DNA of 64,000 bases. Source: Felis catus (Eukaryota). The DNA lies in NCBI RefSeq assembly GCF_018350175.1, contig NC_058382.1:48858001-48922000 (forward strand), written 5' to 3'. The notes under the pieces are model-generated. The model ran no database searches. It was not told the origin of the DNA and saw only the letters and a program-made list of their open reading frames with translations. Position numbers and translations under genes: made by a program. This document shows positions 1 through 16,719 of this stretch, piece by piece; position 1 is the stretch's first letter, and each line of letters begins with the position of its first letter.

Positions 1-164
1 ATGTATATAGTCTTCCAGGCATTTTTTTGTATTTCTGTCACCCTGTGTATATGTGTGTGTTTTTTTCAACACACTGGTTTTCTTCATATGAAACATGTTC
101 TTTCTTATGGAAATGGAATGGACTCAAACAGATCGAGGACAAAGGAAGTTTGTTTGTTTGTTTG

Positions 165-355
165 TTTTAAGTTTATTTATTGATTTTGAGAGAGAGAGCA
201 CAGGAGGGGCAGAGAGAGGGAGGGAGAGAGAAAGAATCCCAAGCAGGCTCTGAACCATCAGCTTGGAGCCTTATGTGAGGCTCTAACTCATAACCTGTGA
301 GATCATGACCTGAGCTGAAGTCAGACACTTAACTGATTGAGCCACCCAGGTGCCT
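165..355 (-). mobile_element. Can-SINE (SINEC)
   Basis: Reverse of GGGGCGCCTGGGTGGCTCAG head, (CT)n linker and A-rich tail. Confidence 0.85.
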
Positions 356-877
356 GGGTTGTTTTTTTGTTTTTTTTTTTTTTCCCCTTTAATGTAATAT
401 AATTCTAAAGAAAAATCATGGAGCATGAAAGTTGATGCGACAGATGAGCAGTATGTATTCTACGCTTCGAACTTAATAGGACTTATGAAGTGCAGCATCA
501 AGAGGAATCTGAAAACGGGGTGACATACCTCCTGTAGATAGCTGGCATGCCTATGTCTTTGTCTCATTTTTTTATTCTTTTACTTTAAGTCTTAAAAAAG
601 AGGCATAGCTTTTTACCACGCTTAACTAGTGCCACTTCTCTGTTTCATTCATTCTGTCATTTATTAACTAATTACTTTTACTCTACGTATGTTATTCCAA
701 CCCAGCTTCCCCTGGTACTTGGTCTGAAATCCCTACTTGGTTAGACACTATGTTCTAAGTGTACTTGGGACATTTTGGGCAGTAATGCATGGGAACCTTA
801 CATACTACTCTTGACTTTGGAGTCCTGTTTTGCTTGGCTTGTGTATGTCCAGACTCTGTTTGTCAAGCAAGCACAGT

Positions 878-1011
878 CTTTTTTTTTTTTTAAGGCGGCT
901 TCATGCCCAGTGCAGAGACCAGTGCAGGGCTTGAACTCACGACCCTGAGATCATGACCTGAGCTGAGATCAAGAGTCGGATGCTTAACAAACTGAGCCAC
1001 CCAGGCACCCC
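878..1011 (-). mobile_element. Short Can-SINE
   Basis: tRNA-derived head plus poly-T; flanked by gcaagcaca direct repeats. Confidence 0.8.
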
Positions 1012-1209
1012 TGCAAGCACAATCTCTTTTGAGTGCACTGTTATCTAGCGGCTCTCAGTGGAGTCCAATATTTTAGAAATATTTTGATCTTATTAAATTC
1101 TTTCGGTATCATCTTAGGGTGAAAGACTTGACTACGTTGGGGCCTAGAGAAATGGCTTGAAATAGTCAGCAGGGTTTTTTGTTTTGTTTTCTCAGCAGGG
1201 TTTTAATGT

Positions 1210-1432
1210 GTTTTTTTTTTAATTTTTTAATGTTTATTATTTATTTTTGAGAGAGAGACAGAGCACGGCCAGGGAAGGGGCAGAGAGAGAGAGGGAGACA
1301 CAGAATCCGAAGCAGACTCCAGGCTCTGAGCTGTCAGCACAGAACCTGATGTGGGTCTAAAACCCACAAACCATGAGATCATGACCTGAGCCGAAGTCGG
1401 ACGCTTAACTGACTGAGCCACCCAGGCGCCCC
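1210..1432 (-). mobile_element. Can-SINE (felid-type)
   Basis: Full SINEC structure, near-consensus head. Confidence 0.88.
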
Positions 1433-1762
1433 GGTGTTTTCATGCTTATAGTAACTGTCATACAGGAAAGTCATTTCAGTTTTTAAAACAAAGGAACATT
1501 TGCAAAGAAAAGATTTGCTTAAATTCTGATCGTATTCAGCATGGATGTTTTCATTTTTATGTGTTCCTTTCTATGCTTTATCCATACCTCTGCTTATTTT
1601 TATGTAGTTATGATGGCAGCCTATGTGTATTTTGTATTCTATTGTAGTCACTCTTGAGAAGAGTCATGTTCTGCATCTTCGGGCTCAGCCTTAGTAATTG
1701 CCAAAGAGTGGGCCTTTTTTTTTTTTTTTTTTTTTTTAATAGAAACGCATAAGGTCTTTTGA

Positions 1763-2179
<417 letters not shown>

Positions 2180-2496
2180 TGATGACTTTATTTATTTATT
2201 TAGATTTTATTTCTCAGGTTTTCCCTCTGATCTCTGAGACAGAGCAGAGATCTAATCTTTTATAAACTAGTTTTATTCCACATAGTACCTGCTTAAGGAC
2301 TGACTATTCCTGTAATGTCATTTTTGTGGTAATTTGCACTGCTGTGTTAAAGCTCATTTCCTTGAAGCTCACCTTACTCTGTAATAGACCCCTGATTACT
2401 TCTTCCCTTTTTCCCTCTACTCCCCTCCTCCCACCACACCAGGCAGAGGAAAGTGGCAAATAGTCCCAGCCTGCAATCTGTGCTCTCTGTAAATGA

Positions 2497-2817
<321 letters not shown>

Positions 2818-3078
2818 TAAGGGTCCCTGTGACCACCTGCCAACTTAATCATTAATCACCCGAGGCTCTAAGCACCAGGTGGTGTAGTTTGTTGAGTGCA
2901 GGGGCCTGGCTGGAGGCTCTTTACTCCTGCTGTCACCTTTCTTGGTGTTGTAAAGTCTGGCAAGAGGGCCAGCCTTTTTCTTAATGCCCACTCAGTTGAC
3001 TTTCTCAGGACCTTCTGGCGCAAGGCAGTGCCAGAAGCGCTGCTTCCTAATGAGCTGCCTCCTGGTTTTTACCTGTAG

Positions 3079-3225
<147 letters not shown>

Positions 3226-3824
3226 TGAGTGAATCACACATGTGACAGGGTTAGGACTGCCACTGTGAGTTTGATGACTCCCTGTGAAACTGAAAGCCGT
3301 ACTTTATTATTGTTTTCTTTGTCATTTCGGTAGTTGGAGGGGGTCCCTTTATGTTTTTTATGGATTAAGAGAGCTCCGGCTCAACATTACAGAGTTGCCA
3401 CTATGTTAAATCTTTGGTGCTAAGTATAAGATGTGGTCAAGATTGTATTTCAGGCTGTCTGATAGGATATTGGCAGGGTGGGATGGGGTAGGTATTGATT
3501 GGCCCTGGACAGCTTTATTATTCACAGGGAGGACTTGGAATTGTGGGCATCAGCCATCTGGGTTGTACTTGCCTCCATTTCTGGGTCAGCAGAATGTGGT
3601 AGAAAAACAAACTGGGGTTACCCCAGGTCACCCTTGATGCATATTTGTGGGTATATTCCTTAGTTTTCTGCTGGACTGTGTTAATGACCTTGGCACATAA
3701 AAGAAGCAGTCTTAGAATAAAACAAAGTCTCTGGAAAAGAAAGACAAAAAGCTGGTCATGTTGCTTTGGATAGAATTCCAAAAGCTCCATTACAAAATGC
3801 TTATTAGCTGTGAAGGTTGTCTAG

Positions 3825-3992
<168 letters not shown>

Positions 3993-4043
3993 TAATGCAC
4001 ACAGCTTAGAGGGATGGGGTGAGAAATCATATACTGCTAATGA

Positions 4044-4343
<300 letters not shown>

Positions 4344-4944
4344 TGACAGCGGAGTCTGTGTCTCCAAGGGCTGTGGATAGCTTGATAACGCTGCTTTTGG
4401 TATAAAATGGTGTGTACGGTAAAATTGTAAAAGTATTATGTTATCGTGGCAAAGTATTTAAAGAACACAGAAGTAAAAAATGAGGATTCTTTTTCCTAAA
4501 CTCATTTTTCAGAAGTAACGATTCTTAAGAGTTGTATAACTATTCAGAGCTTTTATCTGTTCGCATACAAACGTATGTAGGGGTGTGTGTGTTTTCCAGC
4601 AAAAATGGGAATATATGGTATATACTGTTTTGCAACTTGCTTTGTGTTTTACTAGACTGGAAAATTAATTCAAAAAAACTTTTTATTTTTTTCACTTTTT
4701 ATTTCAGTGTAATGGACAAGGGGAAAGCCTGATGAATTTCCACAAACTGAATACACTTGTGTTCAGATTAAGAAACAGAACTTTTACTAGGAGACCTCTT
4801 ATGGTTCCTCCAGGTCAATTCTGAAAGATTTGATGGATTTTCTGACAAGTGCACAGAACCAATACTAACTTGCCTTGTCTCCAATTCTTCTGTCACTGCC
4901 AGCATCATTTGAGAAGGGCTTGGGATGAAAAGGAAGAGGCTATG

Positions 4945-5443
<499 letters not shown>

Positions 5444-5477
5444 TGAAAGTCTGTTTTTCCCAAGACCACTGCGTGTC

Positions 5478-5680
5478 AAGTAGGGGCTCTCCAGCCCAGG
5501 GGGATATTTGGTAGTGATGTATGAAGACAGTTTTTGGTTTTTGCAACCGAGGGTGGGATGGTACCAGTGTCAGGTGGGTAGAGATCAGGGATGCCGCTCA
5601 ACATCGTACAGTGGACAGCCCCCCAGAGCAAAGAATTCCCTGGCTCCAAGTGTCGGTAGTGCCGAGATTGAAAAACTCTC
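5478..5680. mobile_element. MER20-like hAT DNA transposon relic
   Basis: Resembles recalled MER20 consensus (...gggtagagatcagggatgccgctcaacatc...gtagtgccgagattgaaaaac). Confidence 0.6.
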
Positions 5681-5781
5681 TTCTGGAGCTTTATATTGAG
5701 CATAGTTTAGCGATTTTTGAGTCCTTCAGAATTCTTTTTTTCCACATTAAGGTAACTTCTGTTTCTTTCTCATACTGGTAG

Positions 5782-5926
5782 CTGAAATCACAGGGCAAGG
5801 GAGCTGGTGCGGAAGATCTCATTATGCTGGACATTTATGCTATTGAAGAGCTCAGGGAGAAGGGTCTGGAAGCAACAGATGATTCCCCGAAGTATAATTA
5901 TCATTCGGATTCCAGTGGGAGCTATG
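5782..5926 (+). CDS. AARS1: AARS1 exon about 11
   Basis: [48 protein letters not shown]; tag acceptor, gtatgt donor. Confidence 0.95.
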
Positions 5927-6705
5927 GTATGTTACTCTGCTTACTGTGGTTACCTTGGGTAGCTTTTGAGAGAGGTCTCCATCCAGATTAGGAACTGAGG
6001 ATATCTATTGTGGCCTCTCCTGTCATGCTGTGTAGTCCTGCTCTGTGATTTTATACTAGAGTCCCTTGGTGATTAATTTTCTCTTTATTTTGGAATAATT
6101 ATAGATTCATAGGGAGTTGTGAAAACATTTACAGGGACAGTCCTTATCCCCTGTACCCAGTTTCCCCTAATTATAACACCCTGCAGAAAACCAGGAAATG
6201 GCCACTGATACAGCCTTCAGTGGCTGTTGAATTTTGCATCAGGACAGTGGCATTCTAAAGTTAAGAAATCAAAAGAAATAAACAGGTAATACATAGTTCC
6301 TCTTTTTTGCTCCAGCAGAGATACCTAAATGTATCCAGGCAAGCCCACAAAATGAATACATTTTTTGTGAATTGACCTTGGGAGTAGGGGACTTATTACT
6401 ACTCCTAAATACTTACCAGACTTGCTAGGTTTCTGCTCAGTAGCTCAGAGTTAGAGTGACCAGAACTACCAAAGTTTTACCTGGGAACTCCTCAGTCCCA
6501 GTTACCTATTCCCTGTGACAGTGGGTCACCCTACTGAGTGTTACATTCCCTGGTGTGAAGCCCTTTTGTGGAGTCTAATGGGCTTGCATGTAAAATAAAA
6601 TTAGACACTTAGGACTTAAGGAGAGCTTAAGAAATAGAATCGAGCAAAAGCCAGCCAAGAGCATGTGAATGAAGTCATTGACCCTGTTTTCCCCTTTCTG
6701 TGCAG

Positions 6706-6884
6706 CATTTGAGAGTGCAGTGGCTACAGTGATGGCTCTGCGCAGGGATAAGATGTTCGTGGAAGAAGTGTCCACGGGCCAGGAGTGTGGAGTGGTGCTG
6801 GACAAGACCTGTTTCTATGCTGAGCAAGGAGGGCAGATCTATGATGAAGGCTACCTGGTGAAGGTTGAGGACAGCAGCGAAGAT
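6706..6884 (+). CDS. AARS1: AARS1 exon about 12
   Basis: [59 protein letters not shown]; donor gtgagc. Confidence 0.96.
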
Positions 6885-7996
6885 GTGAGCAAGCAGTTCT
6901 TCCTTGTCAGCCAGGAAGGGGAATCCAACAGAGGTCTGGGCCTGGACGCAGTGTTGCTTTTCTGGCTCCTCATAATCCTGGCATTGCGGAGCAGACATGA
7001 CCAGTCTTTGAGTTGCAGTCCGTTGTCAGTGTCTCTGAAGCTGAGGCAGCTGCCTCTCGTACCACTGACCTCATTGCCATTAGGTCCCCTCTTAGCAGGA
7101 TCCCTGCAATTAGGCAGCTTCGTTGATATTGGGTCCTCCCAGCTTTCCTCGTGAATAAGAAGAGGGCAGACATCTTGCAGAAACCTTGGCATCTAGCTCT
7201 GCCAGTGCAGACTCTGTGATCTTGGACGAGTTTCCTAGTCTCATGGGCTTGAAGTTCCTTATGATGGCTTTAAATTCTCTAAGATGCTCCTAAAGGGAAC
7301 GTCTATGTATCTGTGAATATATATGCATATATATGCACATATATAAAGTGGTCTGTATATTTAATGGTAAGTATAGGTATTGTTAAACCTTAAAAACAAA
7401 ACCATTATTTTACCAGGAAAAGTGAGTTTATTGGGGAATAGCAGAGAATGGCAACTTGGGACATGCAAGCTGTGGCAAAACCATAGGCAAGTCCAACAAA
7501 CAAAGAGGAACTGATATTTTATAGACAAGAAGGAGGAAGAAGTTGGAAGCGGTTGTTTAAAGGAAAGTCCATGAGAGAAAATCACAAATTTGGCGTGTTG
7601 ATGGTTTCTCACTGGCAGAGTTGCAGGGGAGTTGATTTCTTGCAGGAGATGCAGTGTGCATCTTTGCTTGTTAGGGCCTGTAATTGATGGTTCTTTCCTG
7701 TTGAGGATGCCCAGTTGGGTCTGTAATTGACAGTTCTTTCTGAAATTGATTACTGCTCCTGATCCTAGCTCCCTGGCTCCACTTTAATGAGGTTTCTCCT
7801 TATTAGTTTTTGGTGTATAATAATAGCGCATGTGTATATGTACAATAAGTACAACGGTATGAATGGTGCAACGTGTATAATGGTATATACACACTAGTAA
7901 GGAGGGTCTTAGAGAATGTGTGTATAGCATGTACTATATATAAAAATATATAAGATTTGGATTTATTTACTTACTGGTCTCCTGGACTGCTTTTAG

Positions 7997-8146
<150 letters not shown>

Positions 8147-8454
8147 TAGTAATCCTGTTCCTTTTTTTTTTTTTTTTTTTTAATTTAAATTTCAGCTTTA
8201 TTGAGGTACAGTTGGCATACAAAATTCTAAGATATTAAAGTGTACATCACTTTAATGGTGATTTAATGGTGATTTGATACACATTATGAAAAGTATTCAT
8301 CTCCTTTTGGTTTAAATTGGTCTATCATTATTGTTACTCCTAAGTGAAATTGTAAGTAGATTATTATAAATCGGGTACAGGAGTAGATTTTATGACGGGT
8401 GCAGCAGCAAGTTATTAAATGTGTATGTTCCCAAGTCAGGTGACAGTGATTTTT

Positions 8455-8779
8455 ATTTTATTTGTTTCTTCTTTTAGAGACAGAGAGGGAGAGCAGTGTG
8501 AGCAGGGGAGATGGGCAGACGGGAGAGAGAGAATCTTAAGCGGCCTCCATGCTCAGTGTAGAGCCCATTGTGGAGCTTGATCCCATGACCTGAGGATCGT
8601 GATCTGAGCTGAAATCAAGAGTCAGAGGCTCAGTTGAATCACCCAGGCACCCCTGATTTTATTTATTTTAATTTTATATATTTATTTTAAGTAACCTCTA
8701 TACCCAGCGTGGGGCTCGAACGTCCAACTCTGAGATCAAAAGTCGAATGCTCTTCTGACTGAGCCAGCCAGGCACCCCA
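8455..8779 (-). mobile_element. Two tandem Can-SINEs
   Basis: Two reverse SINEC heads ending near 8653 and 8779; outer direct repeat tgacagtgat. Confidence 0.8.
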
Positions 8780-9102
8780 GATGACAGTGATATTAGTTGA
8801 GACTTACAGACTTGTTTCATGGATTGCCTTTCTCCAGATTAACCTCAAATACTTCTTCAGGATCCTGAAATTCTGTATTAATTAGGAAATAGGTTTTGTT
8901 TGTGTGACAGAGCTCCAAAATAACAGTAGATTAAAACAAGATAGAAATGTGTTTCTCACCTCAGAGTCCAAGCTGATATAGAGGCTCCGCCCCACAAAAT
9001 CATGGAGCCCAGCTATTCCTTGCTTGTTTGTCTATCATCATTCCTGGGATGTTGCTCTTGATTTCATAGTCCAAGAAGGTAGCCATCAGATCCATTTCTA
9101 GG

Positions 9103-9325
9103 CTAGGAGTTGGCAAACTTTTTGTGTAAGGTTCCAGATAGTAAGTAATTTGGGTTTTGTGAGCCATATGGTCTCAATCACAACTATATACTTACGATAT
9201 TGTAGCATAAAAGCACCATAGACAATACGTAACCACATGGGAGTGGCTGTGTTCCAGTAAACCTATTTGTAAAAATGAACAACAGGCTGGATTTGGCCCA
9301 CAGGCCGTAATTTACCAACTCTTGT
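9103..9325. mobile_element. MER58-like hAT-Charlie relic
   Basis: aggagttggcaaact...ggatttggcccacaggccgtaatttaccaactc with imperfect terminal inverted repeats. Confidence 0.65.
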
Positions 9326-9528
9326 TCTAGACAGTGGGAAAGAGCAAGGGGAGGGCATGTTCCTTCCCTTTAAGGGTGTGCATCATACCTGCTTACAACT
9401 CACTGACCGGAATTTATTCATATGGCCACAATTAACTGCAAGGGAGGCTGGGAAATGTAGCTCTTATTCTGGGCAGCCATGTGTCCACCTAAAAATTCGA
9501 GTAGTCGGGAAGGAGAGAGCAGGTATGA

Positions 9529-9909
<381 letters not shown>

Positions 9910-10138
9910 TGATTGTCAGCCACACTGGGTGTAGGGGCAGTAATGGTATCCTGCAGAGCAGCCTTAGGGCCCCTGGGGAGGGGGCAGAGGGAGGTTTTTG
10001 CTCCACCCCCTCCTTGGGACAATCAGAGCTCTTCTGGTTTTGTCTCCTTCATATGTAGTGCATCCATGTAAGATTTGGTTCACAGTTGAGCAAAATAATT
10101 GGAAATTCCCATTTTGATCCCCTTGACTTTACATGTAG

Positions 10139-10486
<348 letters not shown>

Positions 10487-11399
10487 TGAGTATATCAGGG
10501 GGAGCAATGGATGGACTCACTTTTGGTTAATTTGATGCTACCCTTGGAGGATGTAGGTAATAGGCTAGACCCACTCTTATTTTTCTAAGGTTGGCATGAA
10601 GTTCTCAGAGATGTACTTGCCAAACAGCACTCCCAAGAACCTTAGTATCTTGTGCCCCTGTCAAACCCCTTGGTGTCTGATGTTGACATTTGCTGGGTTT
10701 GTGATGAAATATTCTTCCTAGGCTGGGGAAAAGCATTATCTTAACACTTATAGTTGCTTGGTCTTGTGTCCTGGGCTGATCCTGACAATGCGGCCTATGA
10801 ATTCAGGATTCAGGAAGGCCATGGAGTGGTCACTACGTTCCTCAGCTGGTCCTAGCTCTTCTCCACCGCTGGGCCTTCACTTAGCTTCCTTGGCCAGCTT
10901 GAGCAGCATCTGGGGGTCAACCCCATTGTGTCAGGGGCCCTGAGTCAGGCTCTGCAGCATACCCAGCTCAGGTTGGCTTGGGAGAGACACCTGTTTGTTC
11001 CAACTTGCAGTCCTCTATAGCCCTTGGGGTCTGTAGCCCTTGGGAAACACCTGCTTGCACGGGAATCTTGTCGAGAAGAACATTCTTAAGGTCATGATGG
11101 AGCCCATCCCGGGCCTCCTGCTAGCCTCAGGCAGGTAGGGAACAGGTGAGCATATGGAGGAAGGGGTAGGGATTTGGGGCACCACATTCTTGGCCCTCCT
11201 CTGTCCAGCTGAATTAGGCTTTCAGATGAGTCCCACTCTGCTTTAATGCCTCCTTAGACATTCTTTGGAGCACAGAAAACTGCATGCAAAGCCTTTATAC
11301 CACTCTCTCAGAATGACTGAAAGTTCATGAGCTCAGAGTTTGAAGTTCTCTGAGCAATTGGGGAATAAAACCTATTTACGGCGGGGTGGGGGGGGGGGG

Positions 11400-11605
11400 T
11401 GGCACCTGGGTGGCTCAGTCGGTTAAGCGTCCGGCTTCGGCTCAGGTCATGATATCACGGTTTGTGAGTTCAAGCCCTGCATAGGGCTCTGTGCTGACAG
11501 CTCAGAGCCTGGAGTTGCTTCAGATTCTGTGTCTCCCTCTCTCTCTGTCCCTCCCTGCCTCGCGTTCTCTCTCTTTCAAAAATAAATAAACATTAAAAAA
11601 AAATT
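11400..11605 (+). mobile_element. Can-SINE
   Basis: ggcacctgggtggctcagtcggttaagcg...aataaataaacattaaaa. Confidence 0.88.
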
Positions 11606-11852
11606 AAAACTCCCAAACCTTTTTACAGGGTTGTGGTGAGATTTTAAAGGTAATCCTCCAATATTCTCAGCTAGTGGCAGGAATGGAAGAATATAGTTTA
11701 TGTTCCAAAGAGGACCAAAAATAATGAATGTAGAGCCTGCCAGAGTAGCATTGTGTTGGGTGTTAGGGATTACAAAGCACTTTTGTTTGATTTCCTTTGG
11801 TTTTCATTGTAGTCCTCTGAGGGAGAATTATCCCCCGTTTTACTTAATGTAT

Positions 11853-12049
11853 TTAAAAAAAATGTTTATTTATTTTTGAGAGAGAAAGAGCACAAGCAGG
11901 GGAAGAGCAGAGAGAGAGGAAGACAGGACTTGAAGTGGGCTCTGTGCGGACAGCAGAGAGCCCAGTGTGGGGCTTGAACTCACGAACTGTGAGATCATGA
12001 CCTGAGCTGAAGTTGGGACATTTAACCGACTGAGCCACCCAGGAGCCCC
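11853..12049 (-). mobile_element. Can-SINE inserted in a MIR-like relic
   Basis: Reverse SINEC; flanked by attatcccc.tttta repeat; MIR-like gaaaactgaagctcaga downstream. Confidence 0.8.
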
Positions 12050-12167
12050 AGATTATCCCCATTTTATACATGAGAAAACTGAAGCTCAGAAAGGTGGTGT
12101 TTTGCTCAGTGTCAGAGTGCTCTTAGCCCCAGACTTTCCTGGGCTTCCTGTCTGAGCCATACTCTGA

Positions 12168-12488
<321 letters not shown>

Positions 12489-13119
12489 TAGGTAGCTGGT
12501 TTTGTAGCTGCTGCATTCAGAATTGGAAGTACAATGCTACCCCCCAAATGTCCTCTGGTTACTCCTATCTGGCAGAAGAAAGCCACCACCACACGAGACT
12601 TCCTAGCTATGTTGTGTTTGATCTTTAAAAATATATGTAAATTCTGCTATTTGCTCCATAGCATATCTGTGTCTAGAAGGGTAAACCATGATTTTGCTGT
12701 GGCTTCCAGTGCCCCCAGCCACTTCCTGCCATCTCCCTAAGGGTACGTGCCTAGTTTGAGATGCACTGTGTACGGGGATAGTGGCCCTGGGGGTGGGGCT
12801 GTAGCTGGTGCCTGATGTGTGCTGAAGCTTGAGGATTGATCATTTCATTGGGGTGAGAAGACCTCCTAACTCAGGAGTTCTTGTTTATCTCCTGAGCCTG
12901 AGTTAGTGCAGCCTTTCTGCTGGTCAGACCGGTGAGGAGGGTGCTCTTTTCTGGGGTACAAGGCTGCCAACACATGCTCCTTGGAGGACAAGAAACTTCT
13001 GGTGTCCTGGGGATGTGATGTTCCATAGCCTGCCATCAGTTGCCACAGTTGTTTCCAGACAAGAGTGAAGCTGAAAGTTACCTGACTGGGAGTTTACAAC
13101 TCTGATTGTCTCTGTGCAG

Positions 13120-13233
13120 GCCCTCAGGAAGGCGGAGAGCTTGAAGAAATCTCTCTCTGTCATGGAGGCCAAAGTGAAGGCCCAGACTGCGCCAAATAAG
13201 GATGTGCAGAGGGAGATCGCTGACCTTGGTGAG
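13120..13233 (+). CDS. AARS1: AARS1 exon about 17
   Basis: [38 protein letters not shown]; donor gtaggt. Confidence 0.96.
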
Positions 13234-13832
13234 GTAGGTGTGGCCTCCCTCCTCAGGCCCTGCTCAGTGCCAAGTGCTAGGCCAGATAAATCACACACTG
13301 CCTGAAGAACTCTCAGATCCTGGTTCCAGTGGCCCTTTGAACTGACTGCTGTTATCTGGCAGCCTTACAAAGGGGACTCCATGGATCCTAGTCTGTGGAC
13401 CCCTGGCATCTGCTTGCTGCCCCCATTGCCAATGGCAGAGCCCATTCCAAGCATGAGTGGGCAGCAGTGTTGAGGGAGTTGGGGGAGTGGGTACCCACTA
13501 TTTCCAGGTCTCCTCATGTCTGTTAATAGGTGGGGGCTTCCTGTGAGCCCATTATAGGCTGTATTCACTGCTTGGTAGGGACCAGCGCTTATAGGGGGTC
13601 CCAGCCCTCCTTATCTGCCTCTTTCTCTCTTGCCCTACTTGTTACATCTGCCGTAGTTGCTCATAAAGTGACTGGTCTTAAGGCCAGTGGATACCTTTTT
13701 GTTTTTTGTTTTCACTCTCCTCCTGGATAGTAGTCAGGGAAGACTTTGGTGTTGAAAGACAGAAGGGTGAGATGGACTTGGGCCTCCATCCTAGTGGTCC
13801 AGGTCCCAGGGGTGTTCTGGTTCTCGTTCCAG

Positions 13833-13952
13833 GCCCTGGCCACCGTAGTCATCCCCCAGTGGCAGAAGGACGAATTCCGGGAGAATCTCAAATCCCTGAA
13901 GAAGATCATGGATGACCTGGACCGGGCTAGCAAAGCCGATGTCCAGAAGCGA
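13833..13952 (+). CDS. AARS1: AARS1 exon about 18
   Basis: [40 protein letters not shown]; donor gtgagt. Confidence 0.96.
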
Positions 13953-13956
13953 GTGA

Positions 13957-14244
<288 letters not shown>

Positions 14245-14539
14245 TGAGCTTTGTGGCTCTGAGTGGAGTGGTTGCCTGACAGCCTGCTCTCTGGGATTGA
14301 GGTTAGGCTGAGCCATGGAGAGACCTGGTGGCTGTGGAGCTACAGCTCCTGAGATGGAAGGCAAACCTCAGAGCCAGAGATGTGGGCAGGGCCTTGTTCT
14401 TGGGGCCTTCTCCGTGAGTCTCCCGGGACTAGCACCTGCTCTTAGAGGGGGTAGCAGTCGGGGGTGCTCTGAAAACTGACCTCCACAGGCTCGCTGCCCT
14501 GTGGAGAGCGTGGCTCCCCTTCCCGAGGCCACGGCCTGA

Positions 14540-14740
<201 letters not shown>

Positions 14741-15032
14741 TAGAGTTGTTTGCCAAGACCCTTGTGTGTGGCTGCAACCAGTTAGAAAAGGCCATTCTCC
14801 TGGCCACCTGTTTGTCACCTCCTCCAGCAACGCTACCCTCAGGCCTTGTCCTAGGGGCTGTGTGTAACTGTGCTGATACCCGGCTTTGCGCTCTGCGTGC
14901 CTCACCCTGGCTGCGGGCTGGTCTCCATCGGTAGCAGCACCCAGGCAGGTGGGAGTGGGTGTCTGTGGCTCCCCCATCCTTTTTATTTTTGTCCCTTCTC
15001 CATGTCTCCCTCAGTCTCATCCTCTGTCCTGA

Positions 15033-15245
<213 letters not shown>

Positions 15246-15558
15246 GTGGTAGGGGCAGCTTCCACTGGGAAGCATCCTTCCCTCACCCGATGCATCCGTC
15301 CAGCCAGCTCTCCATCTGCCACGAGGACATGTGAATCTTCCCTCCTAACCCAGCACTAACTGGAACTCACCTGGGAGCTGGCCCGTGACTCAGTGCCCAC
15401 GTTATGTTTCTCCCCTGAGCCCTACACACCAGCGGCATCTGTGTAAAACCACTACCCCAGGATTGCTATTTATCATTGTCATGCTCGTGTCTGTAGATAG
15501 AGTTCTTTGTAGGCCTGAGGTTGTGGGTCTACAGGGAGGAATCATTTTTGCTGCAGAG

Positions 15559-15661
15559 AATAAAAGGACCATGTGCAATACTTGATGATGCCATGTGATC
15601 TCTTAACCCCCATGTTCCCCTGTGTAACAGCCTGTGGCTCCTTGGGTATCTATCGAATAAA
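15559..15661 (+). terminator. AARS1: AARS1 candidate polyadenylation signals
   Basis: AATAAA at 15559-15564 and 15656-15661, each followed by GT-rich sequence. Confidence 0.7.
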
Positions 15662-16719
15662 TGCTGTGTCTCCACCTGGCTTCTGGTTGTGGTCCTCACC
15701 AAGTCCAGCTCCAGACCCCTGAAATTTGGGAATGGCCCGAATTTGGGATTACCTGAAGACACTTGTGGAGGTGGCCCATAGAACATGGGGCTGGAGGGTG
15801 AGATGGAGAAAGGCATTAGTCATTCAGTAGAATGTGGACCATGGGTTTACTGGAAGCAGTTCATAGGAGAAGCTCTCCATTTCCTAGGCCTGTGTCCCTC
15901 CCTTTTGATGTTGAGTCGTTGGGTGTGAGACCAGAGGTGTTCTCCAGTACAGGAGGTATTTAGGGTACGTCACTTGCCTACCACCACCTCTTTGACCCAT
16001 CATTCTTGGTTTCCTGACCCAAAGGTATACAGTGAGGATTGGGACCTGCCCTGGTCCTGAATCTCTTCACTCAGGTCTGAGGATAGCTGGGTTTGGAAAG
16101 TGTGCCGGGGAGGTTATGGGTACTGCTTGCTTGTGCTGGCTCTGGCTGATTTCATGTCCCTGGGGTACAAGAGGTGGCCCTGGGCCCCAGGTTCACTCTC
16201 AGTCCTGCTGCTGCAGGAGAAGGAGGAAAGCAGGCCTATGCTGGGAGAAGCAGCAGAAGCTAGCTGTCACGGCCTGGGGGCGAGAAGCTGTCCTAGCCTG
16301 GAGTGTGAGAGAAGCACACAGCGGGAGGGTGCAGAGGACCCCTAGGGATACAAAGCATTTACACAAACCAGTGCAGGAGAGGCTGTTCCATTCATCAACA
16401 AGCATTACTCCAGGTAGGGTACTGAAGGTGGCAGGAATGACCAAGACAAAAGACAAGAATCATTTTGGGGCAAGGCAGTGGGGAATATGTGTGAGATAGT
16501 CACACAAATAAGCACAAAATTAAAATAACTATAACTTGCACAAGTGAAAGGACAAAGACCTATGCCCTGGGATTGCCCTGGCCCTAGAGGCTAGAGGTCA
16601 GCCAGGCCGGCCCAGGTCTCACTTCTGCAGGCCTGCCCCGTCGCGCCATCTATTCATCCATTCGCCCCTCAACATCCAGGTGTCCTTGCTGCAGTCCCAG
16701 GGCATTGCTCCGCTCGCTA

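Noticed and set aside
425..515. Possible intronic C/D-box snoRNA in AARS1 (TGA-rich start, CTGA near 509)
   Set aside because: No proper RTGATGA box C and no terminal stem.
1227..1421. Recurrent short ORFs of the MAQSVKRPTSAQVMIS type (also near 27695, 52647, 60845, 61321)
   Set aside because: Translations of Can-SINE consensus sequence.
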